DNA of 64,000 nucleotides from Sarea resinae (GCA_026026165.1 JAPEUD010000002.1:496001-560000); one strand, 5' to 3'; numbered from the stretch's first letter, positions 24,253-38,405 are shown. Numbers and translations: made by a program. Notes: generated by a model from the sequence alone, not told the origin.

Positions 24253-26330
24253 TTAACCTTCTATAGTATGGAAGCGCTCATGAGCCGCTATGGCAAAATA
24301 TGGCATTGAAGCCCCACACAGATTGCAGTTGGCAGTGAGGCTGCCACTGTCCTCGTCGATCTGCCAGTCTCCACCATCAGCCTGACTCTCCGTTGGAAGT
24401 TCTATGGGCTCATCATAGGCTTTTTGGGCGCCTTCTTCATCGATTGGATGTGAAGTTTCTCTGGATCCAGCTATGCTCTCCTTTTTCGCTGTCTTCCAAT
24501 CATTTGTAGTGCCAGAGGGGAGTTCTGTAATATCGGCTACCCTCCAGTCTTTCAGGGTTTCCTCTTGCTGTTTCAACATATTTGCAATATTCCTTCCCAA
24601 GGCGTCTGGGTCATTGGCTGCAGCCAGGGTAATGTTTGTAGCAGCCACATTAATCAAGCTCAGGTTCCAACCAGACTTCTCTGGATGCAATCTGCGAAAA
24701 AGCGGGACTAGTGCTTCATGTAAAAGTTTTCCTGCCAAAGCGTCGACGCTCTCAGTCAGACCAAAAACAAAGTTGGGCATCAACGTCGAGCGTGACAAGC
24801 GGTTGAAAGAACGTGTGCGTTCTCCAGAGGCATTTATAGGAGGTCGAGGTCGTGTAGAAAGGCGTAAGGTACGAGGACGAGCAATCCAATGGAACTCAAC
24901 GCTCTTAGACGATTTTGCCTGATGCCCTTGACATACCGTATCGTTTCGTGAAACACTGTTCTCATTGCCTTCCGTCCCTTCAAGTAAGTCTGCTTGCATC
25001 CTCGTGATAAGGCTTGCGGCTAATAGCTGAAGCTGTCTTTTAACCTCATCCAGGTTTTCCAGGCGCAAGTAGCTATCCTCAATACTTATTTGCTTCGGAA
25101 CACTTCTCGCTTTGCCAACTTCAGAGTCATCAACCCCATGGATCAGAGTCCATATTCTAGCACCAATATCTTGCGGTGACCCATGACCACCAAGAACCTC
25201 CTGCAGAAGCTCTGGGCTCATTGTTGGCAGGAGTCGAACGTCTTTCACAATTATTTTCTCTTTAGTGCTGCCATATATGAGGCCGGTGTCAAACCTCGCA
25301 GGCCGCTGGAGAACGAGTTCTCTCAATTTTGCAGCAGCCTTAAAGCCTATGCCTGGAATGCGACCAATCTCATGGTCGTCGATGAAGGCAGTGACGTTAC
25401 TGGCTCCCCCCTCATACGGAGAAACATACGGGGGTATTAGTGTCGTCTGTCCTTTCGGTTTGTTAACAGAACCAACCAATTTTGCTAGCAATTTAGAGGT
25501 AGAGATCCCAACAGTCGATGTATACCCTGTAAGCTCTTCAAGTTGATGTCGAAGATATCGTGCAAGATGAGAGCCCAGTATCAGCCGCGTAAACAAAGCC
25601 TCTGGCATGTATGTCGATTTCTCCCCTGTTGATACGGATGCAGATGCAGCATCCACAGGAAGATCTGGGCAAACATTGCCGGACACGCAGGAGCCATCGA
25701 AAGTAAAGCCGGAAGAAGGATCTGCACTGGAGAGATGGAAGAAAGAATTCTCTAGGTCATTCGGGTTCAATAGGGCTATATTATAGTCAATCATGTCCGT
25801 GACGTCCATGAATATCTATAATTGAGACTTTGTCAATATCAATGTATAACGACTCCGAATGAAGAGCCACACACCTCATCAAACCCGAGCCGCTCAACCT
25901 GCTTACTCCATATGAATCCTCTGAGGAAATTATACAATGACTTGGAAGCATTACGAAAGCGTGTCAGGTCCTCCCCCAGAACGATTGTAACATCTGGACA
26001 TATTCGTTTTGCTTCCTTGATCAGTTGAAGTTTGTGAAGCCCCTGCATAATAACCAGCCATTAGCACATTGTCCACAGTCAAGGAGGCATAGACCTACCC
26101 TTCGACGTGCTTCATAATTACATGTCACAACAATTTGCTTTTGCTGGACAGCAAGAGGTAAGGACTTTAAAGCAGGGTTCTCTGCCTCAAAAACAGAAGC
26201 ATAGAAGCAGTCGTAATCCTTTCTTTCATGTTAGCGAAAGCTAGAAGATGAAAGCCTGGTTACTGCATACGAAATGAAGTACAATGCGGCTATCATTCCT
26301 CTGAGGGCCTTTCCTTCGGACCAGATCCAT
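24253..26330 (-). CDS. Y-family translesion DNA polymerase (iota-like) with C-terminal UBZ-type zinc finger
   Basis: Exons RIVLHF|DYDCFYASVFE.ENP.LK..PLAVQQKQIVVTCNYEARRRG|LHKLQ...ERLGFDE|IFMDVT, GISTSKLLAKL, HhH motif IPGIG, and C-terminal CNLCG......AHERFH. Confidence 0.88.
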
Positions 26331-27402
26331 TCTCACGTCATCTTGGTCTCGACCCTTGCCGGCAGAGCGCCTCTGAAAGAAGTGAGCCCGAAGCCCGCAG
26401 GATCAGGTCTTCATGTAGCGCTAGTAGGACATGCGTATCTTGCTGATGAGTCCAAGCCGTCGTCGACTTGAAGATCTCCTGCGTGCGTATTCGGACTTTG
26501 TTCTTACCGACTTCTAGTACTTCAGTGTACGAATACTGCGTACCAGCACGAAGTACGGAGGACCTGAGGTAGAGTGACTGATACTTCATTCTGAGTCTTT
26601 GTTGTTCACCTCAGGCAACCGTAGTGATTATTCCAACGTCATCCATTACGGAACACCGTGTACGCCATCTCAGACATTTTGCTAAAAATACCTTCTGGGT
26701 TCTTGCTGTAGCCAATCAAGATAGACAGTTCTCGAGACCCCGCTAAGAGCTTCCATGGCACGGGCAGTGGAGTTTTTTCGATCTATCTTGGGCGAAAAGG
26801 GGTCCCGCTCGGTTCAGGGGATCACGGCGCTGTCAGGATATCCACCCTTGCTCGCAGGTTCTATTGGTCTGCGGGGATGCTATGTTCTGGCTCTGTAGAT
26901 ATGGCCATCGGGTTGATCGAGACGCTCACTCCGATAGGGCAAAGTATTTTTGGCCATGTCAATGCAGTAACCTATGCGGGGATGGGCGCTTGCGCGTCGA
27001 TTTCGAAAAGCCTCTGGCCAACAGGGAATCATCAGAAGCGTCACGAACTAATATACCGCAGGGACGACTTACTACTCCACTTGATCTATCCAGAGTACCA
27101 AGACAGGTAGCATCCACCGCTACCACGGTGGCGTGGCATATTAATATCCATACCTACTGTACTTACCTACTTACTGAAGTGCTACTTTATACAAGTATAT
27201 GTATGCGCCTCCTCGGATTGATGACCCCGCTATGGTGCAAGACATCTCAGCTCCAAGGCTCCTCCCTCCTCTTTACCACGGTATTTAAACTCGCATCCAT
27301 CATTTTGGAAGTTGAGAACGTGGAGGTTTGAGTCCGAATAGCTCCCAGGTGGCAGTTAACTCGCGACGAAGACTCCCTATCACCGCCCCATAGTGCTTCA
27401 TA

Positions 27403-28176
27403 ATGCTGGCACTTCCTATAAATCCAATAATATCCATGATTCCGCATTCACCAAGCACGACTACCGAAATCCATTCCCTACCTCGGACGAAACGTCCTCG
27501 ATTATCTCTTCGAATAGAGCCAGCTTTGGAGCCTCGAATACGGGGCAGATCATGCCAGAGCTCCAGCCCTGGGAATGGGAAGCACTCTCCGACCGTAGTA
27601 AATACACATCAGAACGCTTCCACATACCATGCCGGCTCTCCAGCTGCTTCACCATCACGGTCTTCGCTCTCTCGATTTACGCCATGCCGGTCCGAATTTC
27701 CATATCAGATACCACGAGGGGTGCCTAGCATTCTTCGCAATAGCACCCTGCCTTGCTCCCGCCATATTGAAAGCTCCACAGGATTATCAAAATCCAAGTC
27801 TCGGTCTAGAAAGAACGTTTCGTTCAGGATACCGCTCGACGAGGAAATCAAAACGACAGTCTACGTCGCAGAGCATGTTAGTTTGGTTAGGTCGGAGCTT
27901 GCGGAAAATGCTGTGTGCGAAGGACCTGAACAAGCTTGCGGTAATCGAATGCATGATGAACCTGATACCTTGAGTAAAGAGGGGCATACGACTCGGTCGG
28001 GGCTACGGAGTCCTTTAGGAGTGAAAAGGAAGCGACCGCGAAACTGGATTTGGACCTTAGGTCCTTTCCCGGGCTCTGAAGCCGGTCCAGAAAACGAGGA
28101 ATTCGAACAGATACGAGATGTAAACGCCGAATTGCATCAAAGCACCCATACAGGAGAGGAGGAAACTTCATGTTGA
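27403..28176 (+). CDS. Uncharacterised Ser/Pro-rich protein with SILK-like and RVxF motifs
   Basis: 257-aa intronless ORF filling an otherwise empty gap. Short blocks KRPRLSL, SPTVVNT, PSILRNS, RKNVSF and WIWTLGP look like conserved linear motifs. True start uncertain (27403 or 27436). Confidence 0.6.
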   Translation: MLALPINPIISMIPHSPSTTTEIHSLPRTKRPRLSLRIEPALEPRIRGRSCQSSSPGNGKHSPTVVNTHQNASTYHAGSPAASPSRSSLSRFTPCRSEFPYQIPRGVPSILRNSTLPCSRHIESSTGLSKSKSRSRKNVSFRIPLDEEIKTTVYVAEHVSLVRSELAENAVCEGPEQACGNRMHDEPDTLSKEGHTTRSGLRSPLGVKRKRPRNWIWTLGPFPGSEAGPENEEFEQIRDVNAELHQSTHTGEEETSC

Positions 28177-29404
28177 TAGTGTTTATACACGGGCGATAGA
28201 AATGCTGTCAAGCTGGACTTGCAAAGCAGTAGATAAATTAATGGTCGGCACGCACTGTACGTGCTTCATAAGAAATATTAATCAATAATCACGCGGGCTC
28301 TGTTGAGATTTTAACAGCTATAGCCTATAACCATGGTGCTTGCTGGGCGATTCTAGTGGAGCATGGATGCCTTGAATGATGAATTGCCCAGCCTGATAGG
28401 TTGTTATGACTCTCCAATTTCGTAAAAGATGCCCGACACTCCATTAATCCTCGTCGCATCAACAGCAATATTATGTTGCTCGACCATCCGCCAGGCCAAT
28501 ACAAGTCGGGACCCTGATCTAGAAGCCCAAATGCGGGGTTCCTGGCTGGCTGATCGACAGCAATAGAAATCGAGTTGTATAATTGGTGGTACAAGACGAT
28601 TTATTTATTCGCAAACAAATCCTCAAAAATCCTACATTGTTGTTTGTTACCAACCCATCAATATGAACAAACATAGAAGGTTGGTAAGTAAGGTAACTAC
28701 CTCTTAACAAATGATCTAGGAGAAATAAACTACTTTAAAGCGGTCGATCCTTCAGCTTTACTGCCTAAGGTAAGGAAGTAAGGTACCTAGTAGGTAGGTC
28801 AGTACCTGGGAACCTGGGCAGCTTCCGGCTAGCAGAAGAACCTGAAAGTACTTCTTATGCGGCGCCAGCCCGAAGTGCGCTTCCTTGTTCTATGCGATCC
28901 CATGGATCTGTGACGTCAATCTGAATACATTGAATCACCCCCATTTCAAGAAGATCCCCGCCATGAATGAAAGCTCCAGCTATCAGTGCCACACACGTTC
29001 CAAGCGTAGAGCATGGCGCAACAATCATTTCCTCGTTTTTAGGTACCAGTAAGCGATAAGACAGCTGACTAATCTTTCCTTGCCAGAGTCCATCTTTCGT
29101 ACCTAGCAGAATATGTACAATACGGATACAATGCCTCCATTCAATGATGTGTGCCTGCATTACCTGGTAGCAACTCGCCTTCCGCATCACATCACATTAC
29201 ATCACATCACCTACCCGCCTGAGACGTTTACCTTGGCTTTCTCTCCATCTTCTAGCCATACCTCAGCATTCCGTCTCTCCTCTCCTCCTACTGTAGTTGG
29301 GAATTCGCCCGTGTTGATTTTGCGAGCTTACCTGGGGCGTACTACGTTTGCTGATGCTTGTAGACGCTCCCAATTCGAAGCTATAATCGGCAGCAAAGTT
29401 CAGA

Positions 29405-32400
29405 ATGTCGCAACAGCATGCTCCTGGTGGACATTGGTCTGCCGCCAATCCCATCCCAAGCATTTCACAATTTGTAGAGGGCTTGGACAAGGACAAGAAA
29501 AAGAGAGACAAAGAAATTGACGAGCAAGAGAAAGATCGAAACCATGGCAGCGTCAAGCCACACACTGTAGGTCCTAAGGCAGGTGTGGCCGGTTCGAGGA
29601 AAACCGTCACCGATCCAACCACGGGCAAAGATGTGGAGATTGAAGACGTCAGCAAAAGTTTCATGAAAACAGTGGAAGATCCTCAGGTATGCTCCTTCAA
29701 TGGTACAGGGTCTCTTCTGTGAACGCCTGACTAATGCTTCGGAACAGCTCTCAGTGCCGAACGCCAACCTTGGAAAAGACACGGTCGGTTCTCAAACCAG
29801 CGGCGGCCATTTTGGCACCCGTTTCTGACTTGGCAGCTAATCTTGCTCCAGACTGTCAAAACAGACGCTTCTCAATCAGGACAAGAATATAAAGAGAATC
29901 AAGACGTCACTGCACCACCAGATCCACTCGCCGAGGGAAGTACTTCCGACGTTCCTATACACGGGGAAAAAACAAACATCCTGTTTCATCCTACACCGTC
30001 CGTCAGCTATGAGCCTACCTTTGCTGCGCTTGAGAAAAAGGCTGGTTTCCTGTGCATCGGTGTTGCACTAGCGATCATTCTCCTGGGTAAGACCTTTGGA
30101 GGTTCGCTAAAAGGATTGATACCGTTAGCCGCTTGTATTACCTCGGGCATATACCTGTGGGTGAAGGACGTTATAAGAAGCGGACGTGAAGTCGAGTGGG
30201 ACAGTGAGAAGACTAGGGGCGAAACCGTGAGCTTAAGCCGACCAAAGCGAGAAGGTCCCCAATGCTAATTCCATGTTTTCAGGCTACCGCCAACCTGATT
30301 CCCGAGTCTGTTGAATGGATGAATACCTTACTCGGCATCGTCTGGAATTTGATTGACCCGGAAATGTTCGCAAGCGTTGCGGATACGCTAGAAGACGTCA
30401 TGCAAGCTTCAGTACCGGGTGTCATTGAAAACGTTCGTGTTGCAGATATTAATCAGGGCAGCAATCCAATCCGTATCCTGAGTCTCCGTGCATTGCCAGA
30501 TGAGCACATGTCCGAGCTCAAGGAGAGTGCTCACGAGGAGAACAAGAAAACAAAGGATCCCCAAGAGCTTGCGGCGGACGAAGAGGGAGGTGACTACTAC
30601 AACATCGAGTGCTCATTCGCCTACCATGCAAAGCCCACCGGGAAACGTGCATCTTCGAAAGCCCGCAACATGCACATGCAACTGGTCTTCTACCTTGGAA
30701 TTAAGGGTCTTTTTGGTGTCCCGCTCCCAATATTTGTTGAATTACAAGGTTTGGTTGGGACGGTGCGCTTGCGTCTCCAGATGACCCCCGAGCCTCCATT
30801 CCTCAAAACCCTTACGTTTACCTTGATGGGTTTGCCGCAGATTCAAGCTGGATGCATTCCGATGGTGGAGAAAGGTGTAAACATCCTTAACCTACCTTTG
30901 ATCTCCAACTTTGTGAACTATGCTATCGGTGCAGCTGCCAGCATGTATGTTGCGCCGAAGTCTATGTCAATCGACATGAGTGCAATGCTTCAGGGTGATG
31001 ATATTCAGAAAGAGGTTGAAGCGCTTGGTGTCATGTGGATTCGCATTCACCGTGCTGTTGGTCTCAGTAAACAGGACAGACGGGGAAGCAAAGGCGGAGG
31101 AAGCGATCCATATATTACTCTTTCGTTCTCAAAATATGGGAAGCCGATGTACTGCACACGCGTGATCACCGACGATCTCAACCCAATATGGGAAGAAACT
31201 GCAGCGTAAGTTTCATGGAATCCAATTTGGTATTCTGGAAACCCTAAACTAATTGGTCCTACAGCTTGCTGGTAACTCCGGAGTTAATCAAGGCCGATGA
31301 ACAGCTTAGTGTTGAATTATGGGACTCTGATCGATCCACTGCAGATGATATCGTGGGCAAGGTTGAGTTATCAATACAAAAGATGATACAGCACCCCGGG
31401 AAAATGTATCCGCAGGTATCGAAGCTCCAAGGTATGGATGCCGACAGTGAAATGCCGGGAGAATTGCACTGGGAGGTGGGATATTTTGGGAAACCACAGT
31501 TCCGCCCCGCTCTTCGCACTGATGGGAAAGATCATTCGCTTCCCAAAACACTGCAAGACAGAGACGAGTTACAAGAGGACAAAGGGGTCATCAGCAACGA
31601 GACCGAAGATGCAGTTACGCACACCCCTCCAGACCCTCTCTGGCCGAGCGGAATCTGTAGTATTGTTGTCCACCAAATCGTCAATCTCGAGTTAGAGAAT
31701 ATCAAAGGCACCGACGGCAATCGAAAGGGAAAGGAATATGAGCCAGCTAAAGAAAGCGGCGAGAACACGGAAGAGGAAGGCGATAAATTACCCACCAGCT
31801 ATTGCACAATCCTTTTCAATGATCAACTGGTAATTATTTGCTCATCGTGATCATAGAGGCCGAATGTCTAACGTATTTTAGGTCTATCGTACACGCGCAA
31901 AAGCCGTCACAAGTCAGCCTATTTTCAACGCAGGGACAGAACGGTTTATACGAGACTGGAGATCCGCAATAGTTACAGTTACCGTTCGGGACCAGCGGTA
32001 TAGGCAACACGACCCTATTCTTGGTGTAGTTCCCCTGAGACTATCCGATATCTTGCAGACCAGCTCTCAGGCTACAAGATGGTATCCACTGGATGGAGGT
32101 GTTGTAAGTATTCCCTAAAGCGACCTTGTCTCTGTCGTGTCTTAACCTTTCCGTTACAGGGATTTGGTCGTGTGCGGATCTCCCTGCTTTTCCGAAGCGT
32201 AGAGACCAGACTACCCCCCAACATGCTCGGATGGGACGTTGGTACATTCGAATTCACTTCCGATAGGATTCTAGCATTGAATTACAGCGGACATGCCAAG
32301 ATAAAATTGCGTACTGGAGGCAGTTCAGGCAAAATCCCTCGTACACAAGCTCGAAGCCTACCAGAGGGCGACGGCATGTTCTGGGACTTGGCCAAAAAGG

Positions 32401-33365
32401 ACGGCAAACACAATGTTCGACTTCCGGTGAAGTACCGCTATCGATCGCCGGTTGTTTTCGAATTTCACACCTCTGCTAAGCGTGGTGCTGACGCTTATGC
32501 AATCATTTGGTTGCAACACCTGATCGACAATGAAGAAGTCGACATCAACATTCCAATCTGGAAGACGAAAATGGGTTCTCGTCTAACTCAGAACTATGTC
32601 ACTGAGGCGAATTATTCTGCGAAGCAAGTGCCTGGCTTAGAAGATCTCTCAGAAGTTGGGCGTCTGCAATTCCGCTGTCGTTTCAAGGCTGGCACCGACG
32701 AGTCGCATGAACAATTTGTTGTTGACAATAACACAAGAGAGACATACGAGACCTGGGAAGCTTGTTTGGACGAGGGAGTGCGACAACGCAAGGCCACGAA
32801 TGAGTTGTCCCAAAAAGTTCAGGATTTGCACGAAAAGTCATTGACCGAAGGTCGCGACATTCTAAAGGAAGCAAGCCCAGAGGAGAGAAAGCAATGGCTG
32901 AGTAAAGATGGCACTGATTGGAGTGGCGCTTTCGGTGAAGATCCCAAGGCATACATGGATTCGAAGGGTAGGAAGAGAGCCGAACCTGGAGCTGACAAGC
33001 CCGTGCACGATCCTATCAATCCTAGCTCAGATGATGACTACGACGGGGATGACATTGATGATTCTTCGTCGACCTCTTCGGATAATGATGATCTAGGTGT
33101 TGTTGATGCAGAGCACGCCGAAAAGACCACGTCTAATGGGAATGCCCGTAGTAATGAGGACGACAGCAAGGCCGGGGATGCCAAAGACGCTCAAAATAAG
33201 AGGTCAGAACGGCGCAAGCAGAGAGGCCTAATGCAGTGGAAGCCTGTCAGGAACGCGGCTTTTGCTAAGGACGAGGCAAAGTTTGTCCTCAAGCGCGCGC
33301 GAAAGAGAATTACAGGTGATCTTGGCGGACGAGAACCCGGCATTGAAACAGAAACAGGGACATGA
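29405..33365 (+). CDS. SMP + C2 domain membrane-tether protein (Mug190/tricalbin-like)
   Basis: Multi-exon. VTDPTTGKDVEIED, TM hairpin, PESVEWMN SMP start, C2 domains (SDPYITLSFSKYGKPMYCTRVI..DLNPIWEE, WDSDRSTADD), C-terminal RGLMQWKPVRN. Confidence 0.85.
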
Positions 33366-36117
33366 GATCTGACAGCTAGCTGACGCGTGGTGATGGAGAG
33401 AGTATTTTTTATTGCTTTGCCATATGTGAGAGTTACGGGAAACAGAAATGGCACAGAGGAGAGGGGTGGGAGGCGGGGGTGGGAGGAAGAGAGAGAGATT
33501 CATGCTTTTGATTGATTTCATATTGCTTCTTACCGTCTCGCAACCGCTCGTACCTCTCTTATGTGCACACGAGTAGCATAATACATTACTCTGACTACCT
33601 CGCTCCTACGAAACCTCTACATGCGTGTCCAGTGACCAATAGCTCGTTGCGGGTGCATTCTGCTTGATGTCGGCAAAGGCAACATCGGCATATGATCTGT
33701 TAGGGGGCAGATTAACGTATTAGATATGGTAGGTACTCTAGACGTACCGGCGGGCCCTTGGCCTTTTTCGGGTCAAGCGTCAAGCTCTGTATGATCACCC
33801 GATGGGGTGCGATGTCGCAACGATGTTGAACGTTGCGTCTCAGTAGTGTCTGCCGCAGTATTTCGTGCCGCAAAGCAGTGAATGATGATTCTGTTGGATT
33901 AGCTTCAAGTAGCCTCTCGAACTTGCTCTGGGTACGGGCGGCCGCCCTTTTTGCTCAGTTGGCAGACCAACAGATTCTCCCATTTGATACATCAGAAGGA
34001 TGTGCATCGAAAGGTAATAGTTGGACTACTCATTACTGTACTACTCAAAAGTATTGGAGTATCTACTAGAGTTTCTGTTGACATTAGTCGGTCTGGTGAG
34101 TGGAGCTTTGATAAGAAATCAAACAAAAAACAATCATATAAGAACGGCATGTGGTACGTTGAGCTTCCCATCAAGACAGGTACTACAGGCGACACCTTGG
34201 CCCGAGGGACGGTAAAAAGTAGTTCCAGGCAAGTGGTAACAACCTACCTGAAGGTGCATCAGCGTGCTCTAGAGTAGGTAGCCCCTGCTATCGATCATAT
34301 TGCTCTCGGCACAGCCGCCCCTGCCCGTTTCTCCCTTGCCATGATTGAGGTGTTCCGTAGCCCCGAGGTGGATTGCGAGTGGTGAGTTGGGTTGGTGAAG
34401 GATGAGATGCTGGGCGACTTGCAGAAAGGCGCGCTAAGGCACCACCGACAGGTCAGGGAAATCATTAGAGGGCGGATCAGGTTCGAAAACTGGGATCACA
34501 GAACATTCGATGCAGTTTCATTGGGTCTAGCTGTTCTTCTGAGCACGTTCGGATACATCCATGGATGTGCGAGGTATCTGGCGTTCCAGTCTTCGTAGCT
34601 GCGGATACAATCAGATTCGGCTCCCTCGGGCCAAGGTGATTGAAGGCGACGTACGAACCTGGAAGTACTTTATTGGTACTTCATAAGGTAAAGTACGGAG
34701 TAGGTAGACATCAATAGGACTTCATACGTGCATCAATGCCCATTCCGCTTACCCGACGGAGATCATTGGACCCTACTAGCACATGCATGGACTTCCAGCT
34801 ACTGCTTCTTTGAGAGCATGCGGTTCCGCAAGCGGCGGCTCATCATCACCCTCACTACTGCCCACTACGAGCCAGTGCATCTGGTGGGAACCAGGGGGCC
34901 GAGGGGCCCTTGACCTCTCCGAGGAGGTTATTCCGTGAGAGAGACCCCTTACCAGGCTTGGTAGTGAGCTTCGGCCCGGTTCCCAACACGATTGTAGAGT
35001 ACTTGAGAGTAAGCTCGGGTCATCGACCTTTCGTTTGGGTTACCTACTTATCTTAGTTAGAGTACCATTGTGATTTCTTTTGTCTCTGCTCCTATTTCCC
35101 AGCATTATTGAGCGCACAATGCTGTGGGATCATACCTCCTCACTACTGTGGTAGCTGAGGTATTTGACTCACCTTTTCCCCGCCTTCGAGGTTGGGCACG
35201 TGCTGTCGCTCTATTCGACTTAGTAAGGGGTAGCAGTAATGCTGCCTCGAGAATGCCTAATCATCTTGGCGCCGGGTCTTCATTAGGTAGGTAGGTATGC
35301 TATGGCAAAACTGTGGCGTTCCCCGCATTTCTGTGCGTTTTGCAACATCGAAGGCTTGGTACCTACAGCACACAAGGGCACCTCGGTGTGGATGAGGTGC
35401 TTGCGGTGGTGCTGACGTAGAGCAGAAGCACTGAACACTGACCGCAGGTACTTCAGATGTACGAGACATCCATCCAAGCCTGGGCGGTGCTTCTCTGGCT
35501 CTGCCGGCCAAGCCGCAGCTAAGGTAGGTACCTCTAGGGTATCGACCTCCTAGAGCTTTCATCGACCTTCCAGCTTCTCGCCCTCAACCGAATTTCATGT
35601 TGTTGACCCCGCCTTGAGCTCGGACACCAATGCCACCTCGTGCAAGCCCAGCCCATGCAATAGCCTACTGCATGTCCAGGTAATGATGCTGATGGCCGAC
35701 CCGGGCTGACGGCGAGGTTTTGAAGGGGCCGCAGACGGTACCCATACAGAAAGTAGCAATTGCAATAGTAGTCAGTAGTCTGCAGTTCATACCAATTCAG
35801 AGAGGCCGATTTTACCTGATCTACCTTGCGCTTCGCTAACTCGGGCATATGCTAACGTGGATGCTTAATCCCTCCCTTGAAGCGTGCCATCAACCGAACA
35901 CATGCCGCTGGTCTAGGTCTTATATTGACGGTCTCTGCCCGTTCTCGGAAATCGTTAAGCTCAGTCCTTCGTGCCTTCATTTCTCTCTCCCACCATAGTC
36001 TTCTCCTCCCTCAATTACCATCATCGCTCCTCCAAATTCTGAATCAAATTGCCTTACGACAGAAGCTCGCCCACGAATATTGACGCTAGGAACGACAGCG
36101 ACTTCCAAGCCATCACG

Positions 36118-38405
36118 ATGTCCGAAGGTGATGTGAAACCACCGGTCGTGCTTGAGGCACACGAGGTGGACACTCACCATGTGCCGCAGAAATTCTTCGA
36201 GTAAGAGTGCCTATCGAATCCGCAAAGTTGGCAGCCGAGATAATCATTCTGACAATTGGCTTTCCTGGCAGAAAGCATCCTGAACACACCCATCTCAGAG
36301 GTCTGAAGGAATACAAGAAGCTTTACAAGGAGTCAATTGAGCAACCCGACCAATTCTGGGGGAAACTTGCCCGAGAGCTTTTGACGTGGGAAAGAGACTT
36401 CCAAACGGTCCAGTCCGGCTCATTCGCAAATGGCGACACTGCGTGGTTTCTCGAGGGTCGTCTAAATGCATCATACAATTGCGTCGATCGTCATGCAATT
36501 CAAGATCCCGACAAGCCTGCCATCATATACGAGCCTGACGAACCCAATGAAGGCCGTATCATTACATACGGCGAACTGCTCCGGGAAGTCTCTAGGCTTT
36601 CTTACGTGCTTAAGCAGATGGGCGTCAAGAAGGGTGATACCGTTGCACTCTATCTGCCGATGATCCCAGAAGCGCTAATTGCTTTCCTCGCCTGCACGCG
36701 TATTGGGGCAGTCCATTCCGTTGTATTTGCTGGATTCTCGTCGGATTCGCTGCGCGATCGTGTGATTGATGCGCAGTCAAAGGTTGTTATCACTACGGAC
36801 GAGGGAAAGCGGGGAGGGAAAGTCATCGGTACCAAGAAGATCGTCGACGATGCTCTGAAGCAGTGTCCTGATGTATCGCACGTCCTCGTATACAAGCGAA
36901 CTGGTGCGGATGTGCCTTGGACGAAGGGGCGTGACTGGTGGTGGCATGAGGAGGTTGAGAAATATCCGAATTACATTGCCCCGGAATCTATGAATTCCGA
37001 AGATCCTCTTTTCCTCCTTTATACTTCTGGCTCGACTGGAAAACCAAAAGGAGTCATGCACACGACTGCTGGATATCTTCTGGGGGCCGCGGCTACCGGA
37101 AAATACGTCTTCGACATCCACCCGAACGACCGCTTCTTTTGCGGTGGTGACGTTGGCTGGATCACTGGTCATACGTATGTCGTTTACGCACCTCTTCTTT
37201 TGGGCGTGGCAACTGTCGTGTTTGAAGGGACGCCTGCCTATCCCAACTTCTCTCGCTATTGGGACATTATTGAAAAGTACTCGGTCACTCAGTTCTATGT
37301 TGCGCCAACAGCACTCCGCCTTCTAAAGCGTGCCGGGGATGAGCACGTCAAACATCAAATGAAACATCTTAGAATACTGGGCTCGGTCGGTGAACCCATA
37401 GCCGCTGAAGTCTGGAAGTGGTACTTTGAGATAGTTGGTAAGGAGGAAGCACATGTTGTCGATGTAAGTCCTCTTCTCGTGAATGGTATAATTTGAGACT
37501 GACCAGTCTTCAGACCTACTGGCAGACAGAGACTGGATCACATGTCATTACACCCTTAGGCGGTATCACTCCGACAAAGCCAGGAAGTGCATCCCTTCCA
37601 TTCTTTGGCATTGAACCGGCCATCATTGATCCTGTATCCGGAGAAGAAATCCAAGGGAATGATGTCGAAGGTGTCCTTGCATTCAAGAAACCTTGGCCGA
37701 GCATGGCACGAACGGTGTGGGGCGCGCACAAGAGATATATGGACACGTACCTCAACGTGTACAAGGGATATTACGTGAGCCTTTCCGGATCGAAATTATA
37801 ATGTTCGTCTCGACTAATCTAGTACAGTTCACGGGAGATGGCGCAGGTCGTGATCATGAAGGATATTACTGGATCCGAGGCCGTGTGGACGACGTCGTCA
37901 ATGTTTCTGGTCACAGATTGTCAACCGCCGAGATCGAAGCTGCTCTCAGCGAGCATCGTAAGTTCGACCGACTCATTTGTTGCTTGTCGCAAAAACTAAT
38001 TCAGAACATGATAGATTCTGTCGCAGAGGCCGCCGTCGTTGGTATCGCTGACGAACTCACGGGTCAAGCAGTCAATGCCTTCGTATCTCTCAAAGACGGT
38101 AATGAATCAAGTGATCAAATTCGCAAGGATCTTGTTCTGCAAGTCAGGAAGTCGATAGGCCCCTTTGCTGCGCCGAAGTCCGTTTTTGTTGTTGATGACC
38201 TTCCCAAGACCCGATCCGGAAAAATAATGAGACGTATTCTTCGGAAAATTCTCGCCGGAGAAGAAGACTCTTTAGGTGATACCTCAACAGTACGTATAAA
38301 TTCCGCTCAAGAAAGATCTCGAATGATTACTGATCGGACCAGTTATCTGACCCGACGGTTGTCGATAAATTGATCGACCTCGTCCATGATTCACGAAAGA
38401 AGTAG
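36118..38405 (+). CDS. facA: Acetyl-CoA synthetase (AMP-forming)
   Basis: Spliced. [64 protein letters not shown] at 36118, TAG at 38403-38405. Confidence 0.96.

Noticed and set aside
33800..34620. Short ORFs in the gap between the C2 gene and ACS
   Set aside because: No recognisable homology or consistent splice model; cannot be called a gene or pseudogene.
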